From positions 1-64,000 of the forward strand of contig CBFIGY010000015.1 in NCBI GenBank assembly GCA_965662235.1: a stretch of DNA of 64,000 bases, given 5' to 3'. Source of the stretch: an uncultured bacterium (GTDB lineage: Bacteria > SAR324 > NAC60-12). The translations under genes were made by a program, and so were the position numbers. A model generated the notes under the pieces. It did not search any database. It had not been told where the DNA came from and worked only from the letters and a program-made list of their open reading frames with translations. Shown here one piece after another: positions 1 through 9,619 of the stretch; within the stretch, counting starts at the first letter, position 1; every line of letters begins with the position of its first letter.

Positions 1-1252
1 CCGTAAACCGTGGAGGCACCTCCAGCAGGTGCAACGCACGGCGGTCTGCGGACCCCGTGAGGGTGACTTTGGGGTTGCCGCAGGCCACCGGACGGTAGAG
101 GATGGCGTTTGGTTCTGTGGGAGGACGGGTGTTGTCAAACCAGTGGCTGTGCTGAAAAAGCTCGTTGAAGGCGGAAATCAGCTGCTGGTTGGAGCGGAAG
201 TTCTGATCCAGCGTGAAGGGCTCCGGCCGTCCCGTTTTCGCCAAAATGGTCTGGCGGGCTTCTAGGTAGGTGTGCACATCAGCGCTCCGGAACCCATAGA
301 TGGCCTGCTTGGGATCCCCAATCACCACCAGTCGAGTCGTGTCTCCCTTCAGAAACACCTCTCGGAAGATGCCCCACTGGAGCGGGTCCGTGTCTTGAAA
401 TTCGTCAACAATGGCGCACTGGTAGCGGTTCCGGAGGGCCTGAGTCAGAGGCGACGGAGCCCCTTCCTGAGGCTGGACGTTCTCGTAAACCCGCTGGATC
501 ATGTCCTGATAGTCAAGGGTGCCTTGCTCCGTTTGCAGGCGGTGCACCTCGTTCCGGATGTCCGGAAGCAGCAACCGCAGCAGCCAAGCGTACTGTTCTT
601 TGGGCGTGGAAACGTCTTCCGGCAGTGGAGGTTCCGGCAGCAAGGGGCCGGAGTGCCCAAGCAGGGTTTCCAGGTCTTTGGCCAGTTCCTGGACATTGAT
701 GGAATCCTGCAGCGCGAGCTCCTGGAACAGGGCCGAGGCGAGGTGGTCTCCGGGAAGAACTTCGCGGCGCAGGAGCGTGCGCAGGGCCTCAGGGACGTGC
801 TGGTGCAGGCCCCGGACTTCATGGTGAAACAGCTGGCGGTTCTCAAAGGCGAACTCGGTGAGCACCCGGTTGCAGAAGCCGTGGATGGTCAGCACCGGCA
901 GCGTCTCAAACTCCAGCAGGGCCGACTGCAGGTGCGTGCGGGCATCTGGCGTGAGCGTCCAGCAAGGGCCGTCGTCGTTGTCGGATTGGTCGGTCTGGAG
1001 CACCGTTGTCAGGCGGCTCCGGATGCGTTCCCGCAGTTCTGTGGTGGCCTTCTCGGTGAACGTCATCAGGAGCAGCTGACGAGCCTCCAGGCGGGCTTCC
1101 AGCAAAAACTCCAGCACGAGTTCCTCAAGCGCAAAGGTCTTGCCGGTTCCGGCAGACGCCTCGACCACGGCATGCTGATCGCGCTGCAGATCGAAGGCAT
1201 GACCGGAGGCCCGAAACAGATTGGAGTGTTTACGGATCGAAACCGAGTTCAT
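1..1252 (-). CDS. recB: Exodeoxyribonuclease V beta subunit (RecB/UvrD-like helicase), N-terminal part, runs off the window edge
   Basis: Absent from the ORF track because there is no stop in the window. Manual reverse-strand translation from ATG at 1252 gives MNSVSIRK...HAVVEASAGTGKTF (Walker A), CAIVDEFQDTDPLQW (Walker B) and VVIGDPKQAIYGFRSAD (motif III), all typical of RecB. Confidence 0.85.
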   Translation of the reverse strand, partial: MNSVSIRKHSNLFRASGHAFDLQRDQHAVVEASAGTGKTFALEELVLEFLLEARLEARQLLLMTFTEKATTELRERIRSRLTTVLQTDQSDNDDGPCWTLTPDARTHLQSALLEFETLPVLTIHGFCNRVLTEFAFENRQLFHHEVRGLHQHVPEALRTLLRREVLPGDHLASALFQELALQDSINVQELAKDLETLLGHSGPLLPEPPLPEDVSTPKEQYAWLLRLLLPDIRNEVHRLQTEQGTLDYQDMIQRVYENVQPQEGAPSPLTQALRNRYQCAIVDEFQDTDPLQWGIFREVFLKGDTTRLVVIGDPKQAIYGFRSADVHTYLEARQTILAKTGRPEPFTLDQNFRSNQQLISAFNELFQHSHWFDNTRPPTEPNAILYRPVACGNPKVTLTGSADRRALHLLEVPPRFT

Positions 1253-1412
1253 TGGGAAACCAAAGGGACATCTGAAGAATCAGATACTTTACGGTTTCAA
1301 GGATCTACAGTCAAACTCAAGGAGTGCGGAAACCGACCTAGGCGGTGGTGCGAGAACAGGGGGACCACTGGATCGCAAGGTCGGTGGTCAGTGGTTGGGA
1401 AAAGCAGGAGGG

Positions 1413-1445
1413 CTCCTCTTCAGGAACATCAGCGCTGAAGAGGAG
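1413..1445 (-). terminator. Probable intrinsic terminator downstream of usp
   Basis: Perfect 11-bp inverted repeat CTCCTCTTCAG...CTGAAGAGGAG just past the usp stop; short T-run follows on the minus strand. Confidence 0.5.
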
Positions 1446-1466
1446 GAGTGCGGTCAAAAAACAGGG

Positions 1467-2381
1467 CTACTCGACCTTACCCAACTGGATGGCCGGAGGC
1501 TCTTCCTTTTGGTACTTCTTGTGGACGTAAACCGGTCCGTCGAAGTGGTGGACCACATAGTCCGTGTTGCTGCCCATCAGCAGCCGTCCGAGGGTGGAGT
1601 GGTCGTGTGCCGCCATGGCAATCAGGCCGGCATTGAGCTGCTCGGCGAGCCCGAGGATGCGCAGGTAGGGGGTGCCAAAGTCGACATGCAGCTCCACCGG
1701 GGATTCTAGGTTGAGGGTGTCGAGGATCTGCTGCATCTGATCCTTCGCCTGCTGGGCCTGTTCCTGGTGATGGCTTCGGAGGACGCCGGATTCTAGGGAC
1801 ATTCCGTAAAACGCGCCACCGCTTCCCGTCAGATAAACCTCTGGAATGTCCATGACAAACAGCAGGTGAAGGGTGGCACCGTGGCGAAGCGCCAGCTGAT
1901 CCGCCTTGTGCAGCAACGGTCCTGAGATTTCCCCTAGGTCCACCGGAACCACCACCACCTTGGGGTTGAGGGACTTCGCGGGTCGCTTGTACACATAGAC
2001 CGGGGAGTGCCCTTGGTGCAGGATGGTGTCGGTGTTGCTGCCGAGGAACAGCCGCCCCACCAAGGTGTGTGCGTGTGCCGCCATGATCACCAACTCCGGC
2101 TGAACCTCGCGCATGGCGTCGAGGATCGCGTCGGCGGGCTTGCCAAAGCGGTGCAGGCGCTCATGGGGCTGATGAAAGGGAAAACGCTCGATCCATGAGT
2201 CGAAGGCGTCTTGGGGGTCTGCCAGCTCGCCCCGATCAATCAGGGACTGCACCTCTGGGGTCCGGCAGTGCAGCACATGGAGCTTCCAGCCTTTTTCTTG
2301 AGCCCAGCCATCGGCGAATCGCAGGACCTCTTCGCTGATGGACGTGCTGTCAACAGGAACCAGTATTCCGGGTTTCATCAC
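1467..2381 (-). CDS. Universal stress protein with tandem USP domains
   Basis: Two repeats of the USP pattern: ILVPVD...GRLFLGSNTDTILH and VVVPVD...GRLLMGSNTDYVVH. Confidence 0.9.
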   Translation of the reverse strand: MMKPGILVPVDSTSISEEVLRFADGWAQEKGWKLHVLHCRTPEVQSLIDRGELADPQDAFDSWIERFPFHQPHERLHRFGKPADAILDAMREVQPELVIMAAHAHTLVGRLFLGSNTDTILHQGHSPVYVYKRPAKSLNPKVVVVPVDLGEISGPLLHKADQLALRHGATLHLLFVMDIPEVYLTGSGGAFYGMSLESGVLRSHHQEQAQQAKDQMQQILDTLNLESPVELHVDFGTPYLRILGLAEQLNAGLIAMAAHDHSTLGRLLMGSNTDYVVHHFDGPVYVHKKYQKEEPPAIQLGKVE

Positions 2382-2399
2382 TCCTCCTCTCAGTTCGGG

Positions 2400-2600
2400 T
2401 CAAGGTGATTGGGATGGCGGTGCGTCCAGTTGCTGAAGCATCGCTTGGTAACGTTCCTCCTCCTCATCATCTAGGATGATCTTGTAACGCACCCGCTCCG
2501 GGTCGTCAAAGAGGCCGTTTTTCCAGCCCCAGAGAAACGCGGCCAGCCCTACGCCTCCGAGTAACAGAGACACGCCTAGCATCAGCGGCAACACATCCAT
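2400..2600 (-). CDS. ccoS: cbb3-type oxidase maturation protein CcoS/FixS
   Basis: 66 aa, one TM helix followed by FLWGWKNGLFDD (CcoS signature); lies directly after ccoI. Confidence 0.9.
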   Translation of the reverse strand: MDVLPLMLGVSLLLGGVGLAAFLWGWKNGLFDDPERVRYKIILDDEEEERYQAMLQQLDAPPSQSP

Positions 2601-2613
2601 CCGGTTCTTCCTC

Positions 2614-4920
2614 CTATGCAGGTTTCAGCGTCCGTCGTGAACGCAATGAGTTCAGCACTACCAACAAGGATGACAGAGACATGGACAGCGCGGCTATTAG
2701 GGGAATTACCCAGCCGCCAATGGCAAGGGGGAGCGCGATGAGGTTGTAGATGAGCGAAATGCCAAGGTTTTGCCGGATCAGGTGAAAGGCATGGTGAGAG
2801 ATCTTGAGCGCACTGACGAGGGCCTCGAGGCTGTTGCTGAGCAAAACGAGGTCGGAGATTTCCAGGGCCTTGTCTGCGGACGCTCCCATCGCAATGCCGA
2901 GGTCGGCCTGTGCAAGCGCCGGAGCATCGTTGAGCCCATCTCCCACCATGAGGACCGAAGCCCCGCTGGCTTGGAGGTTCTGCACAAAAGCGAGTTTGTC
3001 CTCAGGAGAAGCCGATGCGTGGACCCGTTCCGGAACAAGGGAGCAGGCTTCTGCAACCGCATGTGCGGCTGCAGGGTGGTCGCCTGTGAGCAGGTGCACC
3101 CGGAGTCCCAAGCTCTGCAGGTGCGCAATGGCGGCCTGACTCCCAGGACGGATTTGGTCGTGAATGACAAAGGTCCCACAGAGGGTGTGGTCGATGGCAA
3201 GGAAGAACAAAGAGCCGGCTGAAGTCAACACCTGCTGCAGGTACGCTTCCTCTGCAGGAGAAAAGCGAACTCCGGATTCACGCAGGAAGGAGAGGCTTCC
3301 GCCCAGCACTTCGCGTCCTTCCCAGTTGGCCCGCAGCCCACGTCCGGCGACTTCCTTGAGGTGACTCAGCGTTACCGGACTCAGCGCGTGTGTCTCGTAG
3401 TGCTTCCGGATGGTCCGGGAAACCGGGTGCTTGGACTGAGAGGCGAGGGCAAAGGCCAGGGCTTCTTGAGGGGTGCCTTGCCAGGTGACTTCGGAGACCT
3501 CCGGGGTCCCGGCCGTGATGGTTCCGGTTTTATCCAGCACAACGTCGGTCACCTGTCGTAGGGTCTCAAACTGGGCTCCGTCCCGGAAGAGGATCCTTTG
3601 CGAAGTCGCCACCGAGAGTCCCGTCAGAACGGCGATGGGAGTGGCTAGGGAGAGGGCACAGGGGCAGGCAATGATCAGGACCGCCATGGCGTTCATCAGG
3701 GCGTGCTCCGGACTCGAGGTTGTCTGCCAGACCCAAATGAAGGTGGCTGCCGCGACTGCGGTGATGCCGAGCACAAAGTAACGGGCCAGCCGGTCGGCTA
3801 GGACTCGGATGCGGGGCTTGCTGGAGAGCGCGTCTTCCACCCGCCGGATGATCCGGGCCAGGGTCGATTCAGCCGCCGCCTTGCGAACCTGATACCGAAG
3901 GACGCCATCTTGGCAGATGCTCCCGCTGCTCAGTTGCGCGCCCGGCTGCTTGTTGACCGGCAAGGGTTCGCCTGTCAGGTGCGACTCATCCACGAGCGCC
4001 TCCCCTTCGAGGACCTCGCCGTCTGCGGCAACGCGTTCCCCAGGTTGCACTTCAAGGACCCAGCCGGGAAGGATGTCCTCCAACGCGGCTTCCTGGCGTT
4101 GATCTCCGTCGATTCGGGTGACGGAAAAGGGCATCAGGTTCTGAAAGGCGCGTCCTTGGTTGAGGATCTTGCGGATGCCGAGTTGCTCCAGGTACTTGCC
4201 AATGGAGAGGAACGCGATGAACATCGCGACCGCTTCAAAGTACGTGTTCCCGCTCCGGACCAACGCGGCATAGGTGCTGTAGAGGTAGATCAGGGTGGTG
4301 CTGAAGGCAACCTGGAAGTCCATGCCCAGAGAACCCAGCTTGAGGTCCCGCCACGCGCCACGAAAGAAGGGCACTCCAGAGTAGAACAGCACCGGAGTTG
4401 CCAGGGCAAAGCTTGCGAGGTTGAGGAGGTCTTCGTGCCGTTGCTCCATGCCCGTAAAGTACCCGGCGTACTGCGCAATGGCGATCCACATCAGGTTCAT
4501 GGCCCCGAAGATGGCCAGCATGAGTTGCGGGAAGCGTTCTCGCGTTTGGGTCTCTTCCTGGTCCAACCCAGGCAGCACCAGCGGCTGAGGTCGGGCGTCA
4601 TAACCCGCGCTCTGGATCGCGTCAATGATGCGGTCCAGGCCCGTCTGGGCTTCATCCCAAACAAGCTTGGTGCGGTGGGTGCTGTAGTTCAGGTCTGCTT
4701 CCAGCACTCCGGGGTGAGACTGGAGGACCTTCTCAACGGTGTGCGAGCACCCGGCGCAGCGGATGCCTTCTAGGAGCAGCGACACAGAAGCCTTGCCGTC
4801 TGGACGAGGCTCAAGGTAGTTGCGACGGAAGGCTTCAGTGGTGAAGTCCGGAAGCGTGGGCCGCGATGATGCAGCCGCGCCGGACCTCAACCCTGGAGCG
4901 GGACAGGCAGTGGCTTCCAT
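2614..4920 (-). CDS. ccoI: Cu-translocating P1B-type ATPase CcoI/FixI
   Basis: HMA domain CAGC, TGE, CPCALSLATP, DKTGT and GDGLNDAPAL motifs; ccoGHIS context. Confidence 0.92.
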   Translation of the reverse strand: MEATACPAPGLRSGAAASSRPTLPDFTTEAFRRNYLEPRPDGKASVSLLLEGIRCAGCSHTVEKVLQSHPGVLEADLNYSTHRTKLVWDEAQTGLDRIIDAIQSAGYDARPQPLVLPGLDQEETQTRERFPQLMLAIFGAMNLMWIAIAQYAGYFTGMEQRHEDLLNLASFALATPVLFYSGVPFFRGAWRDLKLGSLGMDFQVAFSTTLIYLYSTYAALVRSGNTYFEAVAMFIAFLSIGKYLEQLGIRKILNQGRAFQNLMPFSVTRIDGDQRQEAALEDILPGWVLEVQPGERVAADGEVLEGEALVDESHLTGEPLPVNKQPGAQLSSGSICQDGVLRYQVRKAAAESTLARIIRRVEDALSSKPRIRVLADRLARYFVLGITAVAAATFIWVWQTTSSPEHALMNAMAVLIIACPCALSLATPIAVLTGLSVATSQRILFRDGAQFETLRQVTDVVLDKTGTITAGTPEVSEVTWQGTPQEALAFALASQSKHPVSRTIRKHYETHALSPVTLSHLKEVAGRGLRANWEGREVLGGSLSFLRESGVRFSPAEEAYLQQVLTSAGSLFFLAIDHTLCGTFVIHDQIRPGSQAAIAHLQSLGLRVHLLTGDHPAAAHAVAEACSLVPERVHASASPEDKLAFVQNLQASGASVLMVGDGLNDAPALAQADLGIAMGASADKALEISDLVLLSNSLEALVSALKISHHAFHLIRQNLGISLIYNLIALPLAIGGWVIPLIAALSMSLSSLLVVLNSLRSRRTLKPA

Positions 4921-4926
4921 GAAACC

Positions 4927-5763
4927 TCAGTTGCGGGAGTTCTGGAGCTTGGCGATGCGGGTTCGGGAGTTGTAGTAGGCTGAAGGCACAAAACCCTTCT
5001 CATCCGCGACTTCAACAAGGTGCGTCCGGGTGACCTCGAGGTCACCAACCGTGATGTCAAGCCGCAGGAGCCAGACGCCAGGGGCCGGAAGGGTGACCTC
5101 TGCTGTAAAAACACCATTGGTGCCCATGAGCGCGCCCACCGGTTGGTCGTCCTGATTGGTGGCTTCGCGGGTTACCAAGAGGTTCACGGAGGCGTCTGTG
5201 ACCGGGGCGCCCTGTTGCGTCAGGGTGAAGGTCCAGTGGTTGGGGCCCAGCTGTGCCGGTGTTTCGGGCGTCACTTGGTAGCCCTGCTGATCAAAGGCGG
5301 TAGACATCTGGATCAGGTCGTTGATGTTTTCATCGACCCACTGGTACCGTCCGTCGATGCGGTTGTCGAACTCCACCGGGTAGTCCACAACGGCAATCTT
5401 GATGGTCAGGCCAACCAGGCTGGTAAAGGCTACCAGGACGGCGGTGATGCCCCAACCCCACGCGTTCCTGCGCAGGCTTCCTGCAGGAGTCGAGGGGGCA
5501 GGGGAAGACAGAGGGTAGCTATCAGGCATGATCGTCTCCTGGTTTGGGAAAAAAAGAAGCCGGGTTTTGTGGAAAAAAGTCCTGAGCTGCTGACGGAGCC
5601 ACGCTCCGAACTGACGGAGCAGCAGCAGGGCGCTGGAGGCGGCGAGTCCAATGCCTCCCCAAAACTGCGGGGAGAGCAGCTCGTCGGGGATGCCGGCAAA
5701 GTGATGCGCCCAAGCCACCGAGGCACTCAGCAGCAATAGCGTCGTCAGGGCGGCGTGCTTCAT
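4927..5763 (-). CDS. ccoH: FixH/CcoH-family protein with an N-terminal extension
   Basis: Between ccoG and ccoI; TM helix followed by YQWVDENIND and a YtkA/FixH-like beta domain (LPAPGVWLLRL); start overlaps the ccoG stop (ATGA). Confidence 0.7.
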   Translation of the reverse strand: MKHAALTTLLLLSASVAWAHHFAGIPDELLSPQFWGGIGLAASSALLLLRQFGAWLRQQLRTFFHKTRLLFFPNQETIMPDSYPLSSPAPSTPAGSLRRNAWGWGITAVLVAFTSLVGLTIKIAVVDYPVEFDNRIDGRYQWVDENINDLIQMSTAFDQQGYQVTPETPAQLGPNHWTFTLTQQGAPVTDASVNLLVTREATNQDDQPVGALMGTNGVFTAEVTLPAPGVWLLRLDITVGDLEVTRTHLVEVADEKGFVPSAYYNSRTRIAKLQNSRN

Positions 5764-7202
5764 TCTTTGAGTTGGCGCGGCATGTTGACCTCCTTGTCGG
5801 GAGGAAAGATGAACACGGAGTTCTTCACCGTTGCCACAGCCTCAGGGGCATCCACGGCATAGGCCCGCAGCTTGATGGGCAGCGAGGTGTTCCGGGACGC
5901 GTTCTCAACCAGCATCTGGTTGGTGCTCAAGATCACCACCTTGCGGCTCCGGCCTTCTGCAAGGATTTTGAAGGGCTTATCGGGACGGAGGATCTCCACG
6001 CCGTCTAGTCCTTCGACTTGAAGCATGAAGTCGTGAGGCTGGTCATCAATGTTGGTCACAAGGACCACGTAGTGATTCTCGACCCGCAGGCCATCATCCT
6101 TGACGCTGTAAAGTTCCGTGGTCCGGTTGACGTTCAGCAGCAGCGTTTCTCGGTTCCCTCCGCGGTAGACGAGGAAGGCCGAGATGGAGACCAGGACGAG
6201 CAAGTAGATCCACACCCGGGGACGGAAGAAGTTGATGGGCTGCCCCGCAAACTTCTTTTCGCTTGCCCAGTGCACCAGGTTGGGCTTGTTGAGCCGCGCC
6301 ATCACCGGCTCACAGGCGTCCACGCACTCAAGGCAGGAGATGCAGGCGAGCTGCAGGCCTTCTCGGATGTCGATGCCCGCCGGACACACGCGCACACAAG
6401 CTTCGCAGCCGGTGCAGTCGCCAGAGGCGTCCTTCTGCTTTTGCTTGTTCTTGGCTCCTCGAGAGCCATCGGAATTGTCTCCACGACCCTGATCGTAGAT
6501 GGCGACCGGCGTGTCCCCGTCAAACAGAACCGTCTGAATCCGGGCGTACGGGCATGCGTAGCGGCAGAACCGCTCCGCAATCCAGGTGATGTCAATGAGG
6601 AAGAAACCGGCAAATCCGAGCCAGAATCCAAGGAGCAGCACGTGTTCCTGAGGCTCATGGAGCAGGAGGTCAAAAAATTCGTAGGGACTGACAAAGAACC
6701 ACATCAGGTTGGCTGAAGCGAGCAGCATCAGGGGCGTCAGCATCAAGATGCCGAGGCCAAACTTGACGCGTTCCAGGGGCTTCTTCAGCTTGAGAGGACG
6801 ATTCTTGATGTGCCACTTGCGCAGGCCGAGGATTTTTCCCTGAATGAGGTCCCGGTAGAGGGAGCGGAACATCGTTTGCGGGCACCCCCACCCACACCAA
6901 ACCCGTCCTCCCAAGGCGGTGATCAGGAAAATTCCGACAAAGAAGAGGATCAGAACCAGCGGAATCAGATAGAGTTCCTGCATGTCGTAAACGATGCCCA
7001 GCAGGTGAAACTCCAAGTGGAGGAAGGACATCATGAAGAGCTGGTTCCCGTTGATCTGGATGAACGGCACCGCGAGGGTAAACAGCGCAATGGCCACGAA
7101 GGCACGGTGACGAATTTTATGGAAGGGAATCCGGGAGAGGGAGGCTGGAGCGGAAACGTCGAAACGCGACGTCCGCTCCGATGATCGGAGCGGAGAATTC
7201 AT
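5760..7202 (-). CDS. ccoG: Cytochrome c oxidase accessory protein CcoG/FixG
   Basis: GRVWCGWGCPQT, FCRYACPY, and CTGCEACVRVCP plus CISCLECVDAC 4Fe-4S motifs. Confidence 0.95.
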   Translation of the reverse strand: MNSPLRSSERTSRFDVSAPASLSRIPFHKIRHRAFVAIALFTLAVPFIQINGNQLFMMSFLHLEFHLLGIVYDMQELYLIPLVLILFFVGIFLITALGGRVWCGWGCPQTMFRSLYRDLIQGKILGLRKWHIKNRPLKLKKPLERVKFGLGILMLTPLMLLASANLMWFFVSPYEFFDLLLHEPQEHVLLLGFWLGFAGFFLIDITWIAERFCRYACPYARIQTVLFDGDTPVAIYDQGRGDNSDGSRGAKNKQKQKDASGDCTGCEACVRVCPAGIDIREGLQLACISCLECVDACEPVMARLNKPNLVHWASEKKFAGQPINFFRPRVWIYLLVLVSISAFLVYRGGNRETLLLNVNRTTELYSVKDDGLRVENHYVVLVTNIDDQPHDFMLQVEGLDGVEILRPDKPFKILAEGRSRKVVILSTNQMLVENASRNTSLPIKLRAYAVDAPEAVATVKNSVFIFPPDKEVNMPRQLKE

Positions 7203-7219
7203 GCAATCATTGAGTCAAG

Positions 7220-7942
7220 TTAGGCCGCTTCGGCATCTACCGTAAGCGTGCCACATTGTTGGTTAACCGGCACCGCAATATCAATGCGCTTGGGCTTGGG
7301 AAGGTTCAGGGAGTTCATGATGTTGACAAACTCAGACTCCGTTTTGCCTCCTCCAATTCGCGGATTCAGCTGCTTCTCCTCCCCAATGGTGGAAACGGTG
7401 AAACCTCGGTAGTCGTGTCCAGGGTACACCTTGGTCGCCTCCGGGAGCGTGAAGAGCTGCTCGGTGATGCTGCTGTACAGCTTCGACGGATCTCCCTGCT
7501 GGAAGTCCGTACGACCGCAGCTGCGAATGAAGAGGGAGTCTCCTGTGAAGACCATGTCTTCGGCCAGGAAACTGGTGCAGGCGTCCGTGTGTCCCGGAGT
7601 CGCCAGGGCCTTGATTTCAAAGCGCCCGACCTGGACGGATTCGCCATCGGCGATGAGGACATCGGCACAGCCAACACCTGCCGGACGCCCCACCACGGTC
7701 TGGGCTCCCGTCTTGGCACGCAGGTCTCCTGCTCCCGTGACGTGATCCGCGTGGACATGGGTGTCCAGAATGTAGTTCAGCTTGAGGCCTTTGTCAGCAA
7801 CCAGCTGCAGGTCGCGCTCCACCTGCTCCTTGACAGGGTCGATCAACGCCGCATCCTTGGTCTCAGGATCCCAGACCAGGTAGGTGTAGGTCCAGGTTTC
7901 GTAGTCGAAGAGTTGCTCAACAGCGAGTTTGGCTTGGCTCAT
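7220..7942 (-). CDS. Persulfide dioxygenase (ETHE1/Sdo-like MBL-fold protein)
   Basis: DTHVHADHVTG, TPGHT, CGRTDFQQG, YPGHDYRG, NPR and LNLPKPKRIDIAVPVN motifs match ETHE1-type PDO. Confidence 0.85.
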   Translation of the reverse strand: MSQAKLAVEQLFDYETWTYTYLVWDPETKDAALIDPVKEQVERDLQLVADKGLKLNYILDTHVHADHVTGAGDLRAKTGAQTVVGRPAGVGCADVLIADGESVQVGRFEIKALATPGHTDACTSFLAEDMVFTGDSLFIRSCGRTDFQQGDPSKLYSSITEQLFTLPEATKVYPGHDYRGFTVSTIGEEKQLNPRIGGGKTESEFVNIMNSLNLPKPKRIDIAVPVNQQCGTLTVDAEAA

Positions 7943-7981
7943 AAGGATTCTCCTAGAGGGGTCTCAGACCGAGTTAATATT

Positions 7982-8021
7982 TGAGAAACAAAATATGCGA
8001 ATATTTTAATGAAGTTTCTCA
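7982..8021. promoter_or_regulatory. AT-rich nested inverted repeat upstream of the persulfide dioxygenase (candidate operator)
   Basis: TGAGAAAC-AAAATAT-GCGA-ATATTTT-AATGAA-GTTTCTCA, about 40-80 bp upstream of the start codon. Confidence 0.45.
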
Positions 8022-8039
8022 GGAGAAACATACGTAATT

Positions 8040-9560
8040 CTACTCAGTCAGCTGGTGTTCCAGTTGCGAGACCCAGTCGTGCTCGGTCTCCAGAAGGGTG
8101 GCGTTCTCCCAGGGAGTCCAGTTCTGTTGCTGCTGTGGCAGGAGGTCGACAGTGGCATCTGAAGCATCCTGTGTGCGGCGCTGCAAGCGTTCCCGGAGGT
8201 GAGCCTCTGGAGCCGTACAGACCAGCCGGTGCACCGTGAATCCCTGCAGGGCATCAAGGGCGGCCCGATGTTCCGGACGCAAAAAGGTGGCATCCAGCAC
8301 GACAGAAACACCGACGTTCAGCAGGGCTTGAGCGGTGCTGATCAAGGTGGCGTACGTTTGTTCCGTGAAGGCTGGCGTATAAAGCTCAGCTCCTCCAGGC
8401 GTCAGCGGGCTCTGTCCGGCAAGGTGCTTCCGGATGGCGTCAGAGCGCAGGTGCACAGCGCCTTGGTGCCGAGCCAGCCAACGGCCCACGGTGCTCTTGC
8501 CGGATCCGGACAGGCCTGCGACCACATAAGCGGTTGGGGGCGCAGGTGAGATCCAGGATTGGGCAAGATCGAGGAAAGCGCGGGTTTGCTGCCGAAAGCC
8601 CTGACGCTCCTGTGGACTCAGGGTGGTGTTGTGAATGGAGTAGGATTTGATCTTGGCCCGGACACAGGCCCGCAGGCTGATGTAGAACGGCAGCAACGCG
8701 CTCCCAGCAAAGTCTCCGGAGTGTTCCAGCCAGGTACTGTAGAAGGCAAACGCCAGGTCCTGTCGGTTCCGGATGAGCAGGTCACAGACCATAAAAGCGG
8801 CATCATACTGCACATCCGTGCTCCGAATGGAGCGGCTGAACTCAATGCAGTCAAAGGGCACGGACTCCCCTTCGAGCCAGCAGACGTTGTTAAGGTGCAG
8901 GTCACCGTGGCACTCCCGGATGAGTCCCCGGGTCCCACGTTCCTTGAGCGGCAGCTGGTGGGTTTCCAGAAAGGCGAGCTGAAACGCTTCGATTTGCTCC
9001 AGTAGCTGGACTGGAAACACCTCTCCGGCGTGTGATGCCAGGTCCCGGAAGTTGTCCTGAGCGAGCGAGCGGAGGGCTGAGGCAGAGCCGTACGAGGCCA
9101 CTTCCGCATCAGTAGGAGCCTCGTGTTGCCAAAGCGCAAGGCGGTGTCCTAGGTCCTCAAGGTGAGCGGCCTCCAAGGCGCCGTGCTCCAGCATCACACG
9201 AAAGAGGCTTTCCTGCGGGAACTCTTTCATCTGAACGACGTAGTCTTCCGGAGGAATGGGGCTGGTTTCGGTCAGGACCCGGAAGCCGTCGGCGGTGCGG
9301 CTGACAGGCAGCACGGCCTGATAGAGAGAAGGAGCGAAGTGTCGGTTCAGGCGCAGCTCATCCTCACAGGCCGCCTTGCGCTGAGCCAAGGTGGAGAAGT
9401 CGAGGAACCCGAAGTCCACGGGCTTCTTGAGCTTGTACGCGTAAGGGCCGGTAAGAAAGACCCAGGCCACATGTGTCTGGATGAGGCGGATGGGCTGACG
9501 AACGGGGTGCGGATACGCTCCCGGAGACGTCAAGGCTTGGACCAGTTCCGGAGGAGGCAT
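8040..9560 (-). CDS. Bifunctional aminoglycoside-phosphotransferase-like / P-loop kinase (AAA_33) protein
   Basis: QTHVAWVFLTG...YKLKKPVDFGFLDFST, RECHGDLHLNN, FDCIEF; C-terminal GLSGSGKST and RSDAIRK. Confidence 0.88.
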   Translation of the reverse strand: MPPPELVQALTSPGAYPHPVRQPIRLIQTHVAWVFLTGPYAYKLKKPVDFGFLDFSTLAQRKAACEDELRLNRHFAPSLYQAVLPVSRTADGFRVLTETSPIPPEDYVVQMKEFPQESLFRVMLEHGALEAAHLEDLGHRLALWQHEAPTDAEVASYGSASALRSLAQDNFRDLASHAGEVFPVQLLEQIEAFQLAFLETHQLPLKERGTRGLIRECHGDLHLNNVCWLEGESVPFDCIEFSRSIRSTDVQYDAAFMVCDLLIRNRQDLAFAFYSTWLEHSGDFAGSALLPFYISLRACVRAKIKSYSIHNTTLSPQERQGFRQQTRAFLDLAQSWISPAPPTAYVVAGLSGSGKSTVGRWLARHQGAVHLRSDAIRKHLAGQSPLTPGGAELYTPAFTEQTYATLISTAQALLNVGVSVVLDATFLRPEHRAALDALQGFTVHRLVCTAPEAHLRERLQRRTQDASDATVDLLPQQQQNWTPWENATLLETEHDWVSQLEHQLTE

Positions 9561-9619
9561 AGGCGAGAGGGGTCACCCAGGACGCCGCAAGCGCCCTGGT
9601 GTCAAGAGAGGAGGAGGCC

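Noticed and set aside
1363..1389. GCAA-tetraloop hairpin upstream of recB as an ncRNA or riboswitch
   Set aside because: A single small imperfect hairpin with no recognisable family features.
272..1438. 388-aa plus-strand ORF
   Set aside because: Antisense shadow of recB, whose helicase motifs are clear on the minus strand.
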